Origin: Bdellovibrionota bacterium
GTDB lineage: Bacteria; Bdellovibrionota_C; UBA2361; OMII01
DNA: 24,547 nt
Direction: 5' to 3'
Assembly: GCA_044345405.1 (NCBI GenBank)
Contig: JBIJBE010000048.1
Coordinates: 1 to 24,547 of the forward strand
In this document: piece after piece, positions 1 through 9,076 of the stretch
Position numbering within the stretch: the stretch's first letter is position 1
How the letters are laid out: each line of letters opens with the position of its first letter
Notes under the pieces: model-generated
Databases searched by the model: none
What the model saw: the letters and a program-made list of their open reading frames with translations, nothing else
What the model was told of the DNA's origin: nothing
Program-made: the position numbers and the translations under genes

Positions 1-186
1 TTGAGGTTTCTCGTTACCTACAATCCCTTCGCGGCGTTGACCCAGTTTTACCAGGAGCTCCTCGTTCAGGGGGTTCTTCCAAGCGCCGGAGCGGTTCTCT
101 ACGTATCGGCGATGTGCGTTGTTGTTGGGTACCTCGGGGTTCGAGTTCACGGTCACTATCAGGAGCGATTTGCGGAAGCGTTATGA
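1..186 (+). CDS. ABC-2 type polysaccharide export permease (Wzm-like), 3' fragment, truncated by window start
   Basis: YNPFAALTQFYQELLVQGVLP followed by a hydrophobic helix and a ...ERFAEAL end resembles the typical Wzm C-terminus (NP motif, final TM, FAExL tail). Its stop overlaps the next ATG (ATGA, 183-186). Confidence 0.75.
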   Translation: MRFLVTYNPFAALTQFYQELLVQGVLPSAGAVLYVSAMCVVVGYLGVRVHGHYQERFAEAL

Positions 187-1280
187 CGGCTACTCGACCT
201 ATCCATCAACTGGTTCACACCCTAAGTTACGGTGACGCGATATCCACCGAGGTGCTCGCGCTTCAGACGGCTCTTCGGGAGTTAGGGCTGGAGAGTGAGA
301 TTTTCTCCCTGCACGAGCACAATCGTTTGAAGGGACGGTCGAAGCGGTACGAGGCGATCGGTGAGTGTCCCGAGGGGGATATTATCCTGCATTACTCGAT
401 CGGGTCTCCCCTTAACGACCTCTACGCGCATTGGGATCGGGGTCACAAGGTGCTCGTCTACCACAATATCACCCCCGCGCGGTGGTTTAATGGAGTGAAT
501 AATCGGGTCGCCGCTGATATCGAGCGGGGGCTTTCTGACCTTCCAGCGTTGTGCGCGCGGTCTCATAGAATCTGGGCTGACTCGAACTTCAACGCTCGAG
601 AGATTGAGGCGCTTGGTTTTCCGTGTTCGGTACTGGAGCTTCCTATCGCTCCCGAGCGGTGGAATCGAGCGCGAAACGAGGCGATGTATGCGCGCGTTAA
701 GCGCAAGCCCGGCATCAATGTGCTGCACGTTGGTCGAATGGCGCCGAATAAATGCATCGAGGATGTGATCAAGGCGTTTTATTACCTGAACAAGTTTATC
801 GAGCCGCGCAGCACGTTGTGGCTGGCGGGGATCGATACCGATACCGAGCTTTACTCATTCTCCCTTCGACGGTTGATTCGGAACCTCGGATTGGATGAGT
901 CAGTTGAGGTGCTCGGTGGTCTTACCGATGAGGAGATTCGTTCTCTCTATGAGGCGTCCTCGGTGTACGTCTGCATGAGTGAGCATGAGGGGTTCTGTTT
1001 GCCCCTCATCGAGGCGATGCACTTCGGTCTTCCAGTTATTGGATTTGGCGCGGGGGCGGTGCCAGAGACGGTTAGTACCGGAGGGATCGTGGTTTCCGAT
1101 AAGCGTCACTCCGAGCTCGGCGCGCTGTTTCACACCTTAGCTCAGCCAGGCGAGCTTCGTTCGAGAATGATAGACAAGGGGCGGGAGCGGGTACGGGCGT
1201 TCTCCTTCGATACCTTCAAGTCACGTGTGAATGAGCTTCTCTCCGGTGGTCAACGACAGCGTGAGGCTCACGGCGCATGA
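183..1280 (+). CDS. Glycosyltransferase family 4 (GT-B fold)
   Basis: Start moved from 114 to the ATG at 183 (ATGA overlap with upstream stop). Motifs GDAIS, YHNITP, VGRMAPNK and SEHEGFCLPLIEAM (E-x7-E). Confidence 0.9.
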   Translation: MTATRPIHQLVHTLSYGDAISTEVLALQTALRELGLESEIFSLHEHNRLKGRSKRYEAIGECPEGDIILHYSIGSPLNDLYAHWDRGHKVLVYHNITPARWFNGVNNRVAADIERGLSDLPALCARSHRIWADSNFNAREIEALGFPCSVLELPIAPERWNRARNEAMYARVKRKPGINVLHVGRMAPNKCIEDVIKAFYYLNKFIEPRSTLWLAGIDTDTELYSFSLRRLIRNLGLDESVEVLGGLTDEEIRSLYEASSVYVCMSEHEGFCLPLIEAMHFGLPVIGFGAGAVPETVSTGGIVVSDKRHSELGALFHTLAQPGELRSRMIDKGRERVRAFSFDTFKSRVNELLSGGQRQREAHGA

Positions 1281-2551
1281 TATCCGTTGGTCTCGATCTG
1301 AGCGCCCTCGACCCAGGATTTAAGTCGCACGCCCATCGCGGTATCGGTAGGTACGTGGCTGAGCTGCACAGATTCTTTGAGTCGCACATGGAGCCGGGCA
1401 TCTCGGTGGGCTTTTTTGATCATGAGGCGCTTCGTCGAAACCAGCTTGCCGACAAGCTTGTATCGCTTGTCCCGTGCGGACGCACCTCCTTGCGACAACA
1501 CGTCGTGTATCCGCGACGGTTGCATCAGGGGGTGATGCGTGAGTACTCGCTCCTTCACTATCCAGCTCACATGGACGCCCCGGCGTGGAGTTCTAAGCCG
1601 TACGTACTTACCGTGCTCGACCTTATTCCCCACGTCCTGAAAGAACTCTATCGGGTCAACAAGCCGGGGTGGCGTTTTAAGGTCGCGCGTTCCCTTGAGG
1701 TTCTCGCGATCCGTCAGGCGACCGTTCTTCTCGCTATCAGTGAGACAACAGCGGATGATCTTGTTCGAGTACTCGATATCCCACGGGAGCGGATCGTGGT
1801 GACTCCACTGGGGGTCGATAATCGGTTCTTTGATGTCGCGATGGTTCGGGCTCAGAGCGGTGGTGGGGAGTCGGGAGCTATTCGCGCAAAACTCGGCATC
1901 CCCAACGGCCGGCCGATCGTGCTGTACGTTGGAGGGCACGATGAGCGAAAGAATATCGGAAATCTCGTTGGAATCGTTCATCAAGCGGGAGTTCAGTTGC
2001 GGGCGATTGGAAAGGTCGCGCCCCTGCTCGTGATGGTCGGGCGTGTTACCTCCCGTGATGAGATAGATCGGCTTGACGTCAACCTTCGACGGTACGGAAT
2101 GGAGCGTGATGCGGTTTCGCTCGGATACGTTCCTGATGAGGATCTTAAGGAGCTCTACGCGGAGAGTTCGCTCTTTTTATTTCCGACCCTCTATGAAGGG
2201 TTCGGTTTGCCGGCGCTTGAGGCGATGGCCGCTGGACTCCCGGTTGTCGCCTCGAATACCTCCTCAATTCCAGAGGTGGTCGGTGATGCCGGACGTCTCT
2301 TTAACCCCCTCAGTGTCGATGAGGGTGCTAGGGCAGTAGTAGAGGTTCTTGGGAGTGCGCGTGCCCAACAAGAGCTCTCGCTCGCCGGGATCGCGCGGGC
2401 GCGCACCTTCACCTGGGAGCGGACGGGGCGAGCGACCCTTGAGGGATACACGCGCGCCTACGAGATCCTTCGGTCGAAGGAGGAGGGGAGCCCATCGCGA
2501 ATCGCCCGTGATGACCGTGGAAAAATCGAGCGAAGCGGAACGTTCGTATGA
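1277..2551 (+). CDS. Glycosyltransferase family 4 (mannosyltransferase-like GT-B)
   Basis: RGIGRY N-terminal loop, TVLDLIP, YVGG..ERKN, and [19 protein letters not shown] (E-x7-E). ATGA overlaps at both ends. Confidence 0.92.
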   Translation: MISVGLDLSALDPGFKSHAHRGIGRYVAELHRFFESHMEPGISVGFFDHEALRRNQLADKLVSLVPCGRTSLRQHVVYPRRLHQGVMREYSLLHYPAHMDAPAWSSKPYVLTVLDLIPHVLKELYRVNKPGWRFKVARSLEVLAIRQATVLLAISETTADDLVRVLDIPRERIVVTPLGVDNRFFDVAMVRAQSGGGESGAIRAKLGIPNGRPIVLYVGGHDERKNIGNLVGIVHQAGVQLRAIGKVAPLLVMVGRVTSRDEIDRLDVNLRRYGMERDAVSLGYVPDEDLKELYAESSLFLFPTLYEGFGLPALEAMAAGLPVVASNTSSIPEVVGDAGRLFNPLSVDEGARAVVEVLGSARAQQELSLAGIARARTFTWERTGRATLEGYTRAYEILRSKEEGSPSRIARDDRGKIERSGTFV

Positions 2552-4629
2552 AGGGGGCGGCTCACCGTTCTGCGAAGGTGGTAGACCTCCAACTCCATCG
2601 AGCGAGCGGGAGGGCAGCGGTTCGTAATCCATACGAGTGGGTTATTGTTTTGTGTCTGTGCGTTCTCGCGGCCCTTCTCCGTCTCGACTTTATGCGGGCC
2701 GGCGCGTTCGTGATCGATGCGGACGAAGCGATCGTCGGTCTCATGGGACAACACATCGCGTCTGGGGCGCCGATTCCTACCTTCTACTACGGTCAGCACT
2801 ACATGGGATCCCTTGAGGCGATTTGCGCTGCTGGGATCTTTTACCTCTTCGGGGCATCCCCCTTTACCCTTCAACTTACACCGCTTCTTTTCTCGTTAGC
2901 TTTGGTTGTGGTCATGTACGCTCTCGGACGGGAGATCGGTGGGGTGGTGGCTGGCCGTGTGGCGGCGCTCCTCTGCGCGGTTCCCCCCGTCGCCCTCGTG
3001 GTGTGGAGCTACAAAGCGAGAGGGGGATTTATTGAGCTCCTCGTCATCGGCGCATGCGCAATGTTGTGCACGACGCGTTGGCTCAAGAGGGAGCCTGCGA
3101 GCCTGTTTTATCCATTTCTTATCTGGCTTCTCATCGGGCTTGGATGGTGGGTGAACAACCAGATCCTCTACTTTATGGTTCCTATCTCGGGATTTGGAGC
3201 GCTCCACCTTCTTGGCTCCCTGCGCGTGGGACGAGTTTCTTGGGGTCAGATTATCGTCGTCGGTTTGCTCTCGATGGTGGCTTTTTTTCTGGGGAGCTCG
3301 CCGTACTGGATCTACAACATTCGGAACGGGTTTCCCTCCCTTGGTATGTTCGGATTCGCCGCGCCGTCGGAGATCGCTACCTACTTCGTTGGTCTTTGGA
3401 CCACCGCGCTCCCGATTATTCTTGGCGCGAAGCATTTTTGGGAATCGAGTCTTACGTTCGGAGGGGCTACCGCGGTTGTGTATGGGGTCTATGGCGTCAT
3501 CTTCGCTATGGTGGTGTGGGAGCGGCGAGGGCCGCTTGCTCGCCTCGCGTGTGGAGAGGTGAATAGAGAGTCGCAGGTTGAGATCTGCCTTGCCCTCATA
3601 GGATGCGCGTGTGTTGTCTTTGCCGTGAGCACGTTTGGTTGGCTGTCGCAGGCGCCTCGGTATCTCCTGCCCATCTACGTCGGTCTCTTCGTTGTGTGCG
3701 GTGTGTGGGTGAGTCGATTGTTTCGCGTGTCCACGATTCTTGGAACGCTCGGTATCTCATCGCTGGTCGCGGTTAATCTCCTCTCATGTTACTGGGGCGG
3801 ACGGGCGTTACCGGGTGAACCTGCCGTGTTTGAGGGAGATCGGGTGCGGCGGAATCACGCCGAGCTGAACGCGGCCCTCAAAGATCTCGATATATCGCTT
3901 GTTCGAACTAATTACTGGATCGGCTATCGGCTCGCCTTTGAGACCGCGGAGCGGGTGAAGTTCCTTGTGTTGCAGGAGCCAAGGCAGGTGAGGCTTCCGG
4001 AGTATGAAGTTCTTCCCGCGGGCGTCTCTGAGGATCTCGTTCCATTGCTGCTCGTTCCCTCTGAGCGAACGATCTTCGTAGGGGCGTTGACGAGCCTTGG
4101 CTACTCTTTTGAGGAGAGGTCTGTTGACGGGTACGTGCTTATCTACAACCTCAAGCGTCCGAAACTTGACCTTCGTCCCATCGAGCCTGGGGCCGTGTCA
4201 GTTGTTACGGGCGTTGGCTCGAACCCAGCGGCTGCCGCCCTTGATGGCAGCGAAGGCACTCGGTGGGCAACTGGAGCGCCTCAACGTGATGGTCAGAGCT
4301 TCGAGGTGCTTTTTCGGGAGCCGCAGTCCCTCGTGGCTCTTGAGTATAGTCTCGGCAGTTGGGGGCAGGATTATCCGCGAGCTTTACGGATTGAGACCGA
4401 GGACGCCACGGGTACGCGAGAGCCTCTCTTGTCTAATGAGGAGTATCAGCGACTACTCGCGTTTTGGAAGGGGGAGGTGTTCCGGTTCTGGTTCGCGCCT
4501 CGTAAGGTTCGTCGCGTCATCCTCACCCAAATGGGGCGTCACCCGGTACTTGATTGGTCGATAGCGGAGCTGCGGTTCTATACGGGGACGGTTGGCGATC
4601 CGGTTGTAGCGGGCGTCTCCGCGAGGTGA
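2548..4629 (+). CDS. GT-C fold (PMT_2/ArnT-like) membrane glycosyltransferase with a C-terminal discoidin/F5-8 type C-like domain
   Basis: First TM is followed by the acidic DADE motif and FYYGQHYMGSLEA, then many hydrophobic segments and an APRYLLP motif. The C-terminal ~130 aa carry ALDG...TRW...Q...DYPR...WSIAELRFY, typical of F5/8-type-C beta-sandwiches. Confidence 0.8.
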   Translation: MKGAAHRSAKVVDLQLHRASGRAAVRNPYEWVIVLCLCVLAALLRLDFMRAGAFVIDADEAIVGLMGQHIASGAPIPTFYYGQHYMGSLEAICAAGIFYLFGASPFTLQLTPLLFSLALVVVMYALGREIGGVVAGRVAALLCAVPPVALVVWSYKARGGFIELLVIGACAMLCTTRWLKREPASLFYPFLIWLLIGLGWWVNNQILYFMVPISGFGALHLLGSLRVGRVSWGQIIVVGLLSMVAFFLGSSPYWIYNIRNGFPSLGMFGFAAPSEIATYFVGLWTTALPIILGAKHFWESSLTFGGATAVVYGVYGVIFAMVVWERRGPLARLACGEVNRESQVEICLALIGCACVVFAVSTFGWLSQAPRYLLPIYVGLFVVCGVWVSRLFRVSTILGTLGISSLVAVNLLSCYWGGRALPGEPAVFEGDRVRRNHAELNAALKDLDISLVRTNYWIGYRLAFETAERVKFLVLQEPRQVRLPEYEVLPAGVSEDLVPLLLVPSERTIFVGALTSLGYSFEERSVDGYVLIYNLKRPKLDLRPIEPGAVSVVTGVGSNPAAAALDGSEGTRWATGAPQRDGQSFEVLFREPQSLVALEYSLGSWGQDYPRALRIETEDATGTREPLLSNEEYQRLLAFWKGEVFRFWFAPRKVRRVILTQMGRHPVLDWSIAELRFYTGTVGDPVVAGVSAR

Positions 4630-4641
4630 TAGAGGAACGGT

Positions 4642-5622
4642 ATGGTGACTCCTCGTAGATTCTCGACCGTGCTCAGAGCTGTGGCAGGCGTTGGCATCAT
4701 CGTTGCGCTCCTCTCTTTCTTTGACATGAAGGGTTGTGTCGCGGCGCTCTCCGATGTTACCGCATGGGACCTTGTTGTCATCTTCGCCTTGTCGATCGCG
4801 CTTGTGTTAGTAAGCGTCCTCAAGTGGCGTCTATTTCTTGAGCGGCTCGGCATCACCGCCTCAGTCGCGCACCTCTTTCGTCTCTACCTCGTCGGATACT
4901 TCGTGAATCTGATCATGCCCTCGGCTCTCGGAGGAGATGTCGTGCGTAGTCTCTACGTTGGTAAAGATGTCGATCGAGTTCGCGCCATGTCGGCGACCCT
5001 GCTTGAGCGATACACCGGTTTTATGGCGATGGTCTCAATGGCCTTCGTTGCCGTGTGGTGGGCGCCAGCGGTATCGCGTGAGATAGCGGTGGCTACGGTC
5101 CTGGTTGGGCTTGCCGCGCTCGTGTTAACGTTGGCTCTCGTTACGGGCACACTCGTTCGTCTCTCGGAGATACTGCGAGTGCCTTCAAGGCTTCATACCA
5201 AGATCGTGCGTATGCAGGAGGGCTTCTCCTGGGGCCTCGGTGACGCGAAGCTTCTGGTTCGAGCGGGCGTCCTCTCGTTCGGGTTTCACCTCCTCACGAT
5301 AGTCAACACCGCCGCGGTGGCGCACTCGGTGGGATGGCACGGAGTTCCGTGGGGAGATCTCTTCGTTGTTGTTCCCCTGATTCTATTAGTCAGCGCTATT
5401 CCGCTCTCGCCCCAAGGTTTGGGGATCCAAGAGGGGGCGTTTCTCTACTTCCTCCACGCCGTTGGGGCTACAACGGGTGAGGCGTTGGCTGTGGCGCTCG
5501 TCTTGCGGGCGAAATCATACGTGTTGGCGCTTTGTGGTGGCGCCTTGTGGCTCACCCTCTCGCGAGAGCCGTCGGCACCCGCGGTTGAGAAGGCGGTAGA
5601 GCCGGAATATCCGGTGGTCTAA
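4642..5622 (+). CDS. Lysylphosphatidylglycerol-synthase TM / flippase-like domain protein (UPF0104/YbhN-like)
   Basis: Polytopic membrane protein with KWRLFL, GYFVNLIMPSALGGDVVR, LLER and IPLSPQGLGIQEGA motifs. SD-like GAGGA upstream. Confidence 0.88.
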   Translation: MVTPRRFSTVLRAVAGVGIIVALLSFFDMKGCVAALSDVTAWDLVVIFALSIALVLVSVLKWRLFLERLGITASVAHLFRLYLVGYFVNLIMPSALGGDVVRSLYVGKDVDRVRAMSATLLERYTGFMAMVSMAFVAVWWAPAVSREIAVATVLVGLAALVLTLALVTGTLVRLSEILRVPSRLHTKIVRMQEGFSWGLGDAKLLVRAGVLSFGFHLLTIVNTAAVAHSVGWHGVPWGDLFVVVPLILLVSAIPLSPQGLGIQEGAFLYFLHAVGATTGEALAVALVLRAKSYVLALCGGALWLTLSREPSAPAVEKAVEPEYPVV

Positions 5623-5993
5623 ATCCCTGACGACGTTTCCCGTTTTGGCTCAACCGGAATGCGTAGGGAATTAAGTGGCACGATCGGTGGAGCTTTGAGG
5701 AGTCGAGCCGCTACGGAGTCCTTTCGCGCGGACACGCGGGCCCGCCACAGGAGGTTCTCGTTTGGCTGACCGCAGCATCCACGGCAGGTAAAGCTCTCCC
5801 AGTTGAGTGAGGCGGCGAGGCCGAGACAGGTCTCGTACATTTCGCAATCGTAGCGTCGCCGAGGAACCTCATCTGCGGAGGCTGGGAGGTCGGTAGCGGC
5901 GGACGTTGAGGATCTCGACAACGGAGCTACATCGGCGTGAGTTTCACAACGCACTTCGAAGGGCCCGGGTGTTCCAATGAGGTGGTCAGACAT
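5619..5993 (-). CDS. Hypothetical small protein with a Cys cluster (C-x5-C-x13-C-x2-C-C), possibly metal-binding
   Basis: 124-aa ORF filling the gap between genes, with a convergent 4-bp stop overlap (CTAA) and purine-rich upstream GAAGAGAAG. Core RRYDCEMYETCLGLAASLNWESFTCRGCC. Confidence 0.7.
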   Translation of the reverse strand: MSDHLIGTPGPFEVRCETHADVAPLSRSSTSAATDLPASADEVPRRRYDCEMYETCLGLAASLNWESFTCRGCCGQPNENLLWRARVSARKDSVAARLLKAPPIVPLNSLRIPVEPKRETSSGI

Positions 5994-6266
5994 TACTGTC
6001 TTCTCTTCACAACTGCGCTTGCCGTTATACGCGCGCCGAGACAGCTAACCGTGTCAGGGGGGGGCGCGGGCCGTACCCGAGTCGGGTATCTGTGAGCCGT
6101 CCGTCACCCTCTCATAAACTCTTGCTCGGAGCAAACTTTGGAGGCCCTTTTTTGTTGTTAGTCAAGGAGGTCTGGTTGAATCCATAAATAGTGGAATGAA
6201 CGGGGTTTGTAGAGGGTATGTAGACTAAGGAGAGAGCTTCCGTTACCTTCGGTCGCAGGAACAGAT

Positions 6267-6944
6267 ATGAGCGAAAATTCTCCACCGCAGCACTCGTCAA
6301 ACGGCATAGCGATCCTCTCGGACAAGGGCTCCGGGCGAACTTTCATTACCATTGTGGATGATGAAGCATATCTTCCGTTCGCGAAGGCTGTGGTCGATAC
6401 GTTATCCGCTAAAGCCCGAAGCGTGCTTCTCATGAGCTCTTCGGTGACGCCTTCGTCATGGGAAGGCCTGTCTGAGGCTTTGACCGCCGCGTTAGCGAAC
6501 TTACATGTTCGCCAAGCGAGCGTCGTTGGCATGGGCGCGGGGGCGGCGCTCGCGCAGAACCTCGCGCTCTCGCAACCCAAGACCGTTCGCTCGCTCGCTA
6601 TCGTTGATTCCTCCTCTCGACCACACCCCTCCCGATGGGAGCGAGTGGTCGATTGGATTGAGGAGCATCTCCCATTCGGGCTTCCATTGAGGCTCGGTTC
6701 TACCGGATTTAATGTAAAGGCCTACGTGCATCGTCTTCGATGTCCCTTGCTTGTAATCGTCACGAGTCGGGCGAGCGCGTTCATTCGTGAAGAGCTGCAC
6801 AGCCTCGCGGCGCGAGCGCCTACGGCGTGGAAGATCGCGCTTTCGGGCCCACTCGATACGCAGATCGCCGATCTGAGCGAGGCGCTTCTTTCGTTCCAGG
6901 ATACCCCAGCGAAGTGTCCTCAAAAAAATGTGAGGGGATCCTAA
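6267..6944 (+). CDS. Alpha/beta-hydrolase-fold protein lacking the nucleophile Ser
   Basis: ALANLHVRQASVVGMGAGAALAQNLALSQPKTVRSLAIVDS and RLRCPLLVI align to the abhydrolase beta5-elbow-alphaC-beta6 and beta7 pattern. SD AGGA upstream. Confidence 0.75.
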   Translation: MSENSPPQHSSNGIAILSDKGSGRTFITIVDDEAYLPFAKAVVDTLSAKARSVLLMSSSVTPSSWEGLSEALTAALANLHVRQASVVGMGAGAALAQNLALSQPKTVRSLAIVDSSSRPHPSRWERVVDWIEEHLPFGLPLRLGSTGFNVKAYVHRLRCPLLVIVTSRASAFIREELHSLAARAPTAWKIALSGPLDTQIADLSEALLSFQDTPAKCPQKNVRGS

Positions 6945-6945
6945 G

Positions 6946-8973
6946 ATGGTTGAGTCTGTAGATGCGCCGGTACCACTCTGTCGGGATTTCGTGCCCGAGC
7001 TCATTCGTGTTGTTGAGCGAGGAGGGGATGATCAAGGGGTAAGTTGGAACGTCGTTGAGTCCCTGGAGCTCTTGTTAGACGCGGGCGCTTTCAAGGACGC
7101 TCTCGCCCTGGCGACCAGCGTAGTTGCGATGCTTGGTGACGATCGAAGAAGCCGTTTGTTTCAGGCGTACATCGAGCTTTGCAACCTTGTACAAGGAGCC
7201 CCCCTTGCGCCAGCTCTTGAAAAGATTGAGGGTCTCACTATAGAGATCGAGCACGGCGGCTTCTCAGCGAATGATAGGTGCTGGAGCGGGATCGTGCTCG
7301 CTCGCGCTATTGAAGTTGGGGTCTACACACGAGCGCTTCCTGAGTCCGATCTCTTTCGCGCGCGGACTATCCTCTCTCAGGAGTTCTCCAAAGGGCCCGC
7401 CCATACGAGCGCGCAGACGCACATTAAGGTGGGTATCGAGTTGGCTCGTAGTTACGTGCACTGCCCAACCCCTGAATTGCCCGCCGCGCAAGAGCTCCTC
7501 GCCCGGCTCATGTCGTTCGCTGAAACCGCTGACGTGACACCGGAGCTCACCTTTGATATCGCCCGCCTCTTGCACCAAGTTGGTGGGGAGGACGAGATCT
7601 CGGTTGAGCGTCTTCGGGAGTTAGCGCGCCCCCTTGGCGGGGTCGCGCGAGGTTTGGCTGAGCTTACTATCGCTCGTCGGGAGCCTCACGTATCAGAAGC
7701 GACCGCGAATGCCCTTGAGAAGGCGTTGATGTTGTTTCAGGAAAGTTCATATCGATCAGGTGAGTACGAAGCGCTCATCGCGCTCGCCAGCTCCTCGGCC
7801 GAGTGTGATCATCACGCGAAAGCGTATAGGTTATTCTCGCGCGCCGATCTTGTTGCGGCTGGCGGTGGATTTTTGTACGGACGGGGAATAGCGCTCCTGG
7901 GACTCTTCCACAGCGCGATCGCGAGTGCCGAGGTTGAGAACGCGCAGGTCGGCGCGGAAAAACTTCGACTCTTATGCTCCTGTGAGATCTTTGTCGCCGC
8001 CTTCGGCTTGAACGTTGTCGCGGCTCAACAGCTGCTGGGAAGAGCTGACGCCGCCGCCAAGATCGCCATGAAGTGCGAGAAGCTCTTCGCCGCGCATGGG
8101 CTCCGTGGATTGACCGCTCAAGCGGCGTTTATGCTTGGCGCCTCCTACGCCGATGGGGGCAAGTGGAAGCAAGCTCGGACAGCATGGAAACGAGCCCTTA
8201 CCTGTGATGAGCTCCGTCGAGCGTATATTAGCGCCTGTGATCGTCGCGCCGCGTTAGCGCAAGCGATCGCGATGGTTGATTTCACCGAGTCAGGAACGTT
8301 ACGGGAAACCACCCTCGTTGAGATTGAGAATCTGCTGGCGAAAAGTGAGGCGGTTCTTCGACCATTCGGACAATCTACGCAGGCGCTTCAGTGCCTCGGG
8401 AAAACGCTTCATATTCACGCGCAGCTCGCCATCTTGGCGAAACAACCGTTGAACGCTCTCAAGTATCTTAATAGGGCCCGTGAGTGCTTCGGGCAGTTGG
8501 CACTTGAGCGGGAGGTGGCGTTGACCGATGGCTTGATCGGCCTTGCGCTCTTGGAGGCATCGAAGCAAAGCGGCGCTCGACTTCTTGATGAGGCTACCGG
8601 AGCGCTCCAACGCGCGCTCGATTTCTTCGTTCGAGAAGGGCAGGTGTCCGTGTCGTGGAAGATTCGGTACTACCTCGCGGTTGCGTGCATTCTCAAATCC
8701 CAGCAATCTTCAGAACCGCTACACCGCGACGCCCATCGGCAGATGGCTGCTGGGTTTCTTGAGGAGGCAAGTGGTGAGTCGAGCCTGGTGAGCGGTCCTC
8801 TCGGTATGCTTCGGGCATCGACCGGTGATGGCGACTTCTCCCCTGGCCTCAAGCCGGAGGTGCTTGAGCCCCTTCGAAAGGTTCTCGGCATGAACGATCG
8901 CCCCCGCAAGGGTAAGGCGACCGCCAAGAGGGTTGTTAAATCGTCCTCGAAGTACGGGCCGTTTCTTCACTAG
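6946..8973 (+). CDS. Hypothetical all-helical TPR-like repeat protein
   Basis: 675 aa, Ala/Leu-rich, with helix-pair patterns such as ALEKALMLFQES..GEYEALIALA, AAFMLGASYADGGKWKQARTAWKRAL and ALKYLNRARECFGQL. Starts 1 nt after the upstream stop, with GAGGGG as SD. Confidence 0.75.
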   Translation: MVESVDAPVPLCRDFVPELIRVVERGGDDQGVSWNVVESLELLLDAGAFKDALALATSVVAMLGDDRRSRLFQAYIELCNLVQGAPLAPALEKIEGLTIEIEHGGFSANDRCWSGIVLARAIEVGVYTRALPESDLFRARTILSQEFSKGPAHTSAQTHIKVGIELARSYVHCPTPELPAAQELLARLMSFAETADVTPELTFDIARLLHQVGGEDEISVERLRELARPLGGVARGLAELTIARREPHVSEATANALEKALMLFQESSYRSGEYEALIALASSSAECDHHAKAYRLFSRADLVAAGGGFLYGRGIALLGLFHSAIASAEVENAQVGAEKLRLLCSCEIFVAAFGLNVVAAQQLLGRADAAAKIAMKCEKLFAAHGLRGLTAQAAFMLGASYADGGKWKQARTAWKRALTCDELRRAYISACDRRAALAQAIAMVDFTESGTLRETTLVEIENLLAKSEAVLRPFGQSTQALQCLGKTLHIHAQLAILAKQPLNALKYLNRARECFGQLALEREVALTDGLIGLALLEASKQSGARLLDEATGALQRALDFFVREGQVSVSWKIRYYLAVACILKSQQSSEPLHRDAHRQMAAGFLEEASGESSLVSGPLGMLRASTGDGDFSPGLKPEVLEPLRKVLGMNDRPRKGKATAKRVVKSSSKYGPFLH

Positions 8974-9076
8974 GGGATAGGGGCCTCCGTGTGCACGTTT
9001 TGAGGGTGTTGAGAGGGCGTAAAACCCCCTAACCAACTGTTTCCCTTGTCACGAATTGATTGTAAGGTATCGACCT

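Noticed and set aside
114-182. Upstream extension of the first GT4 given by the ORF track
   Set aside because: It overlaps the permease. The ATGA-coupled ATG at 183 gives a normal GT4 N-terminus.
6080-6120. Minus-strand TTATGAGAGGGTGACGGACGGCTCACAGATACCCG resembles the 5' half of a SAM-I riboswitch
   Set aside because: It lacks the AUC of P1, the GCAACC/GGUGC P3 core and the closing GAU, and the downstream gene is not sulfur-metabolic.
6946-8973. TPR protein as a STAND NTPase or CHAT/caspase-like defence protein
   Set aside because: No Walker A/B motif or protease His/Cys dyad was recognised in it or its neighbours.
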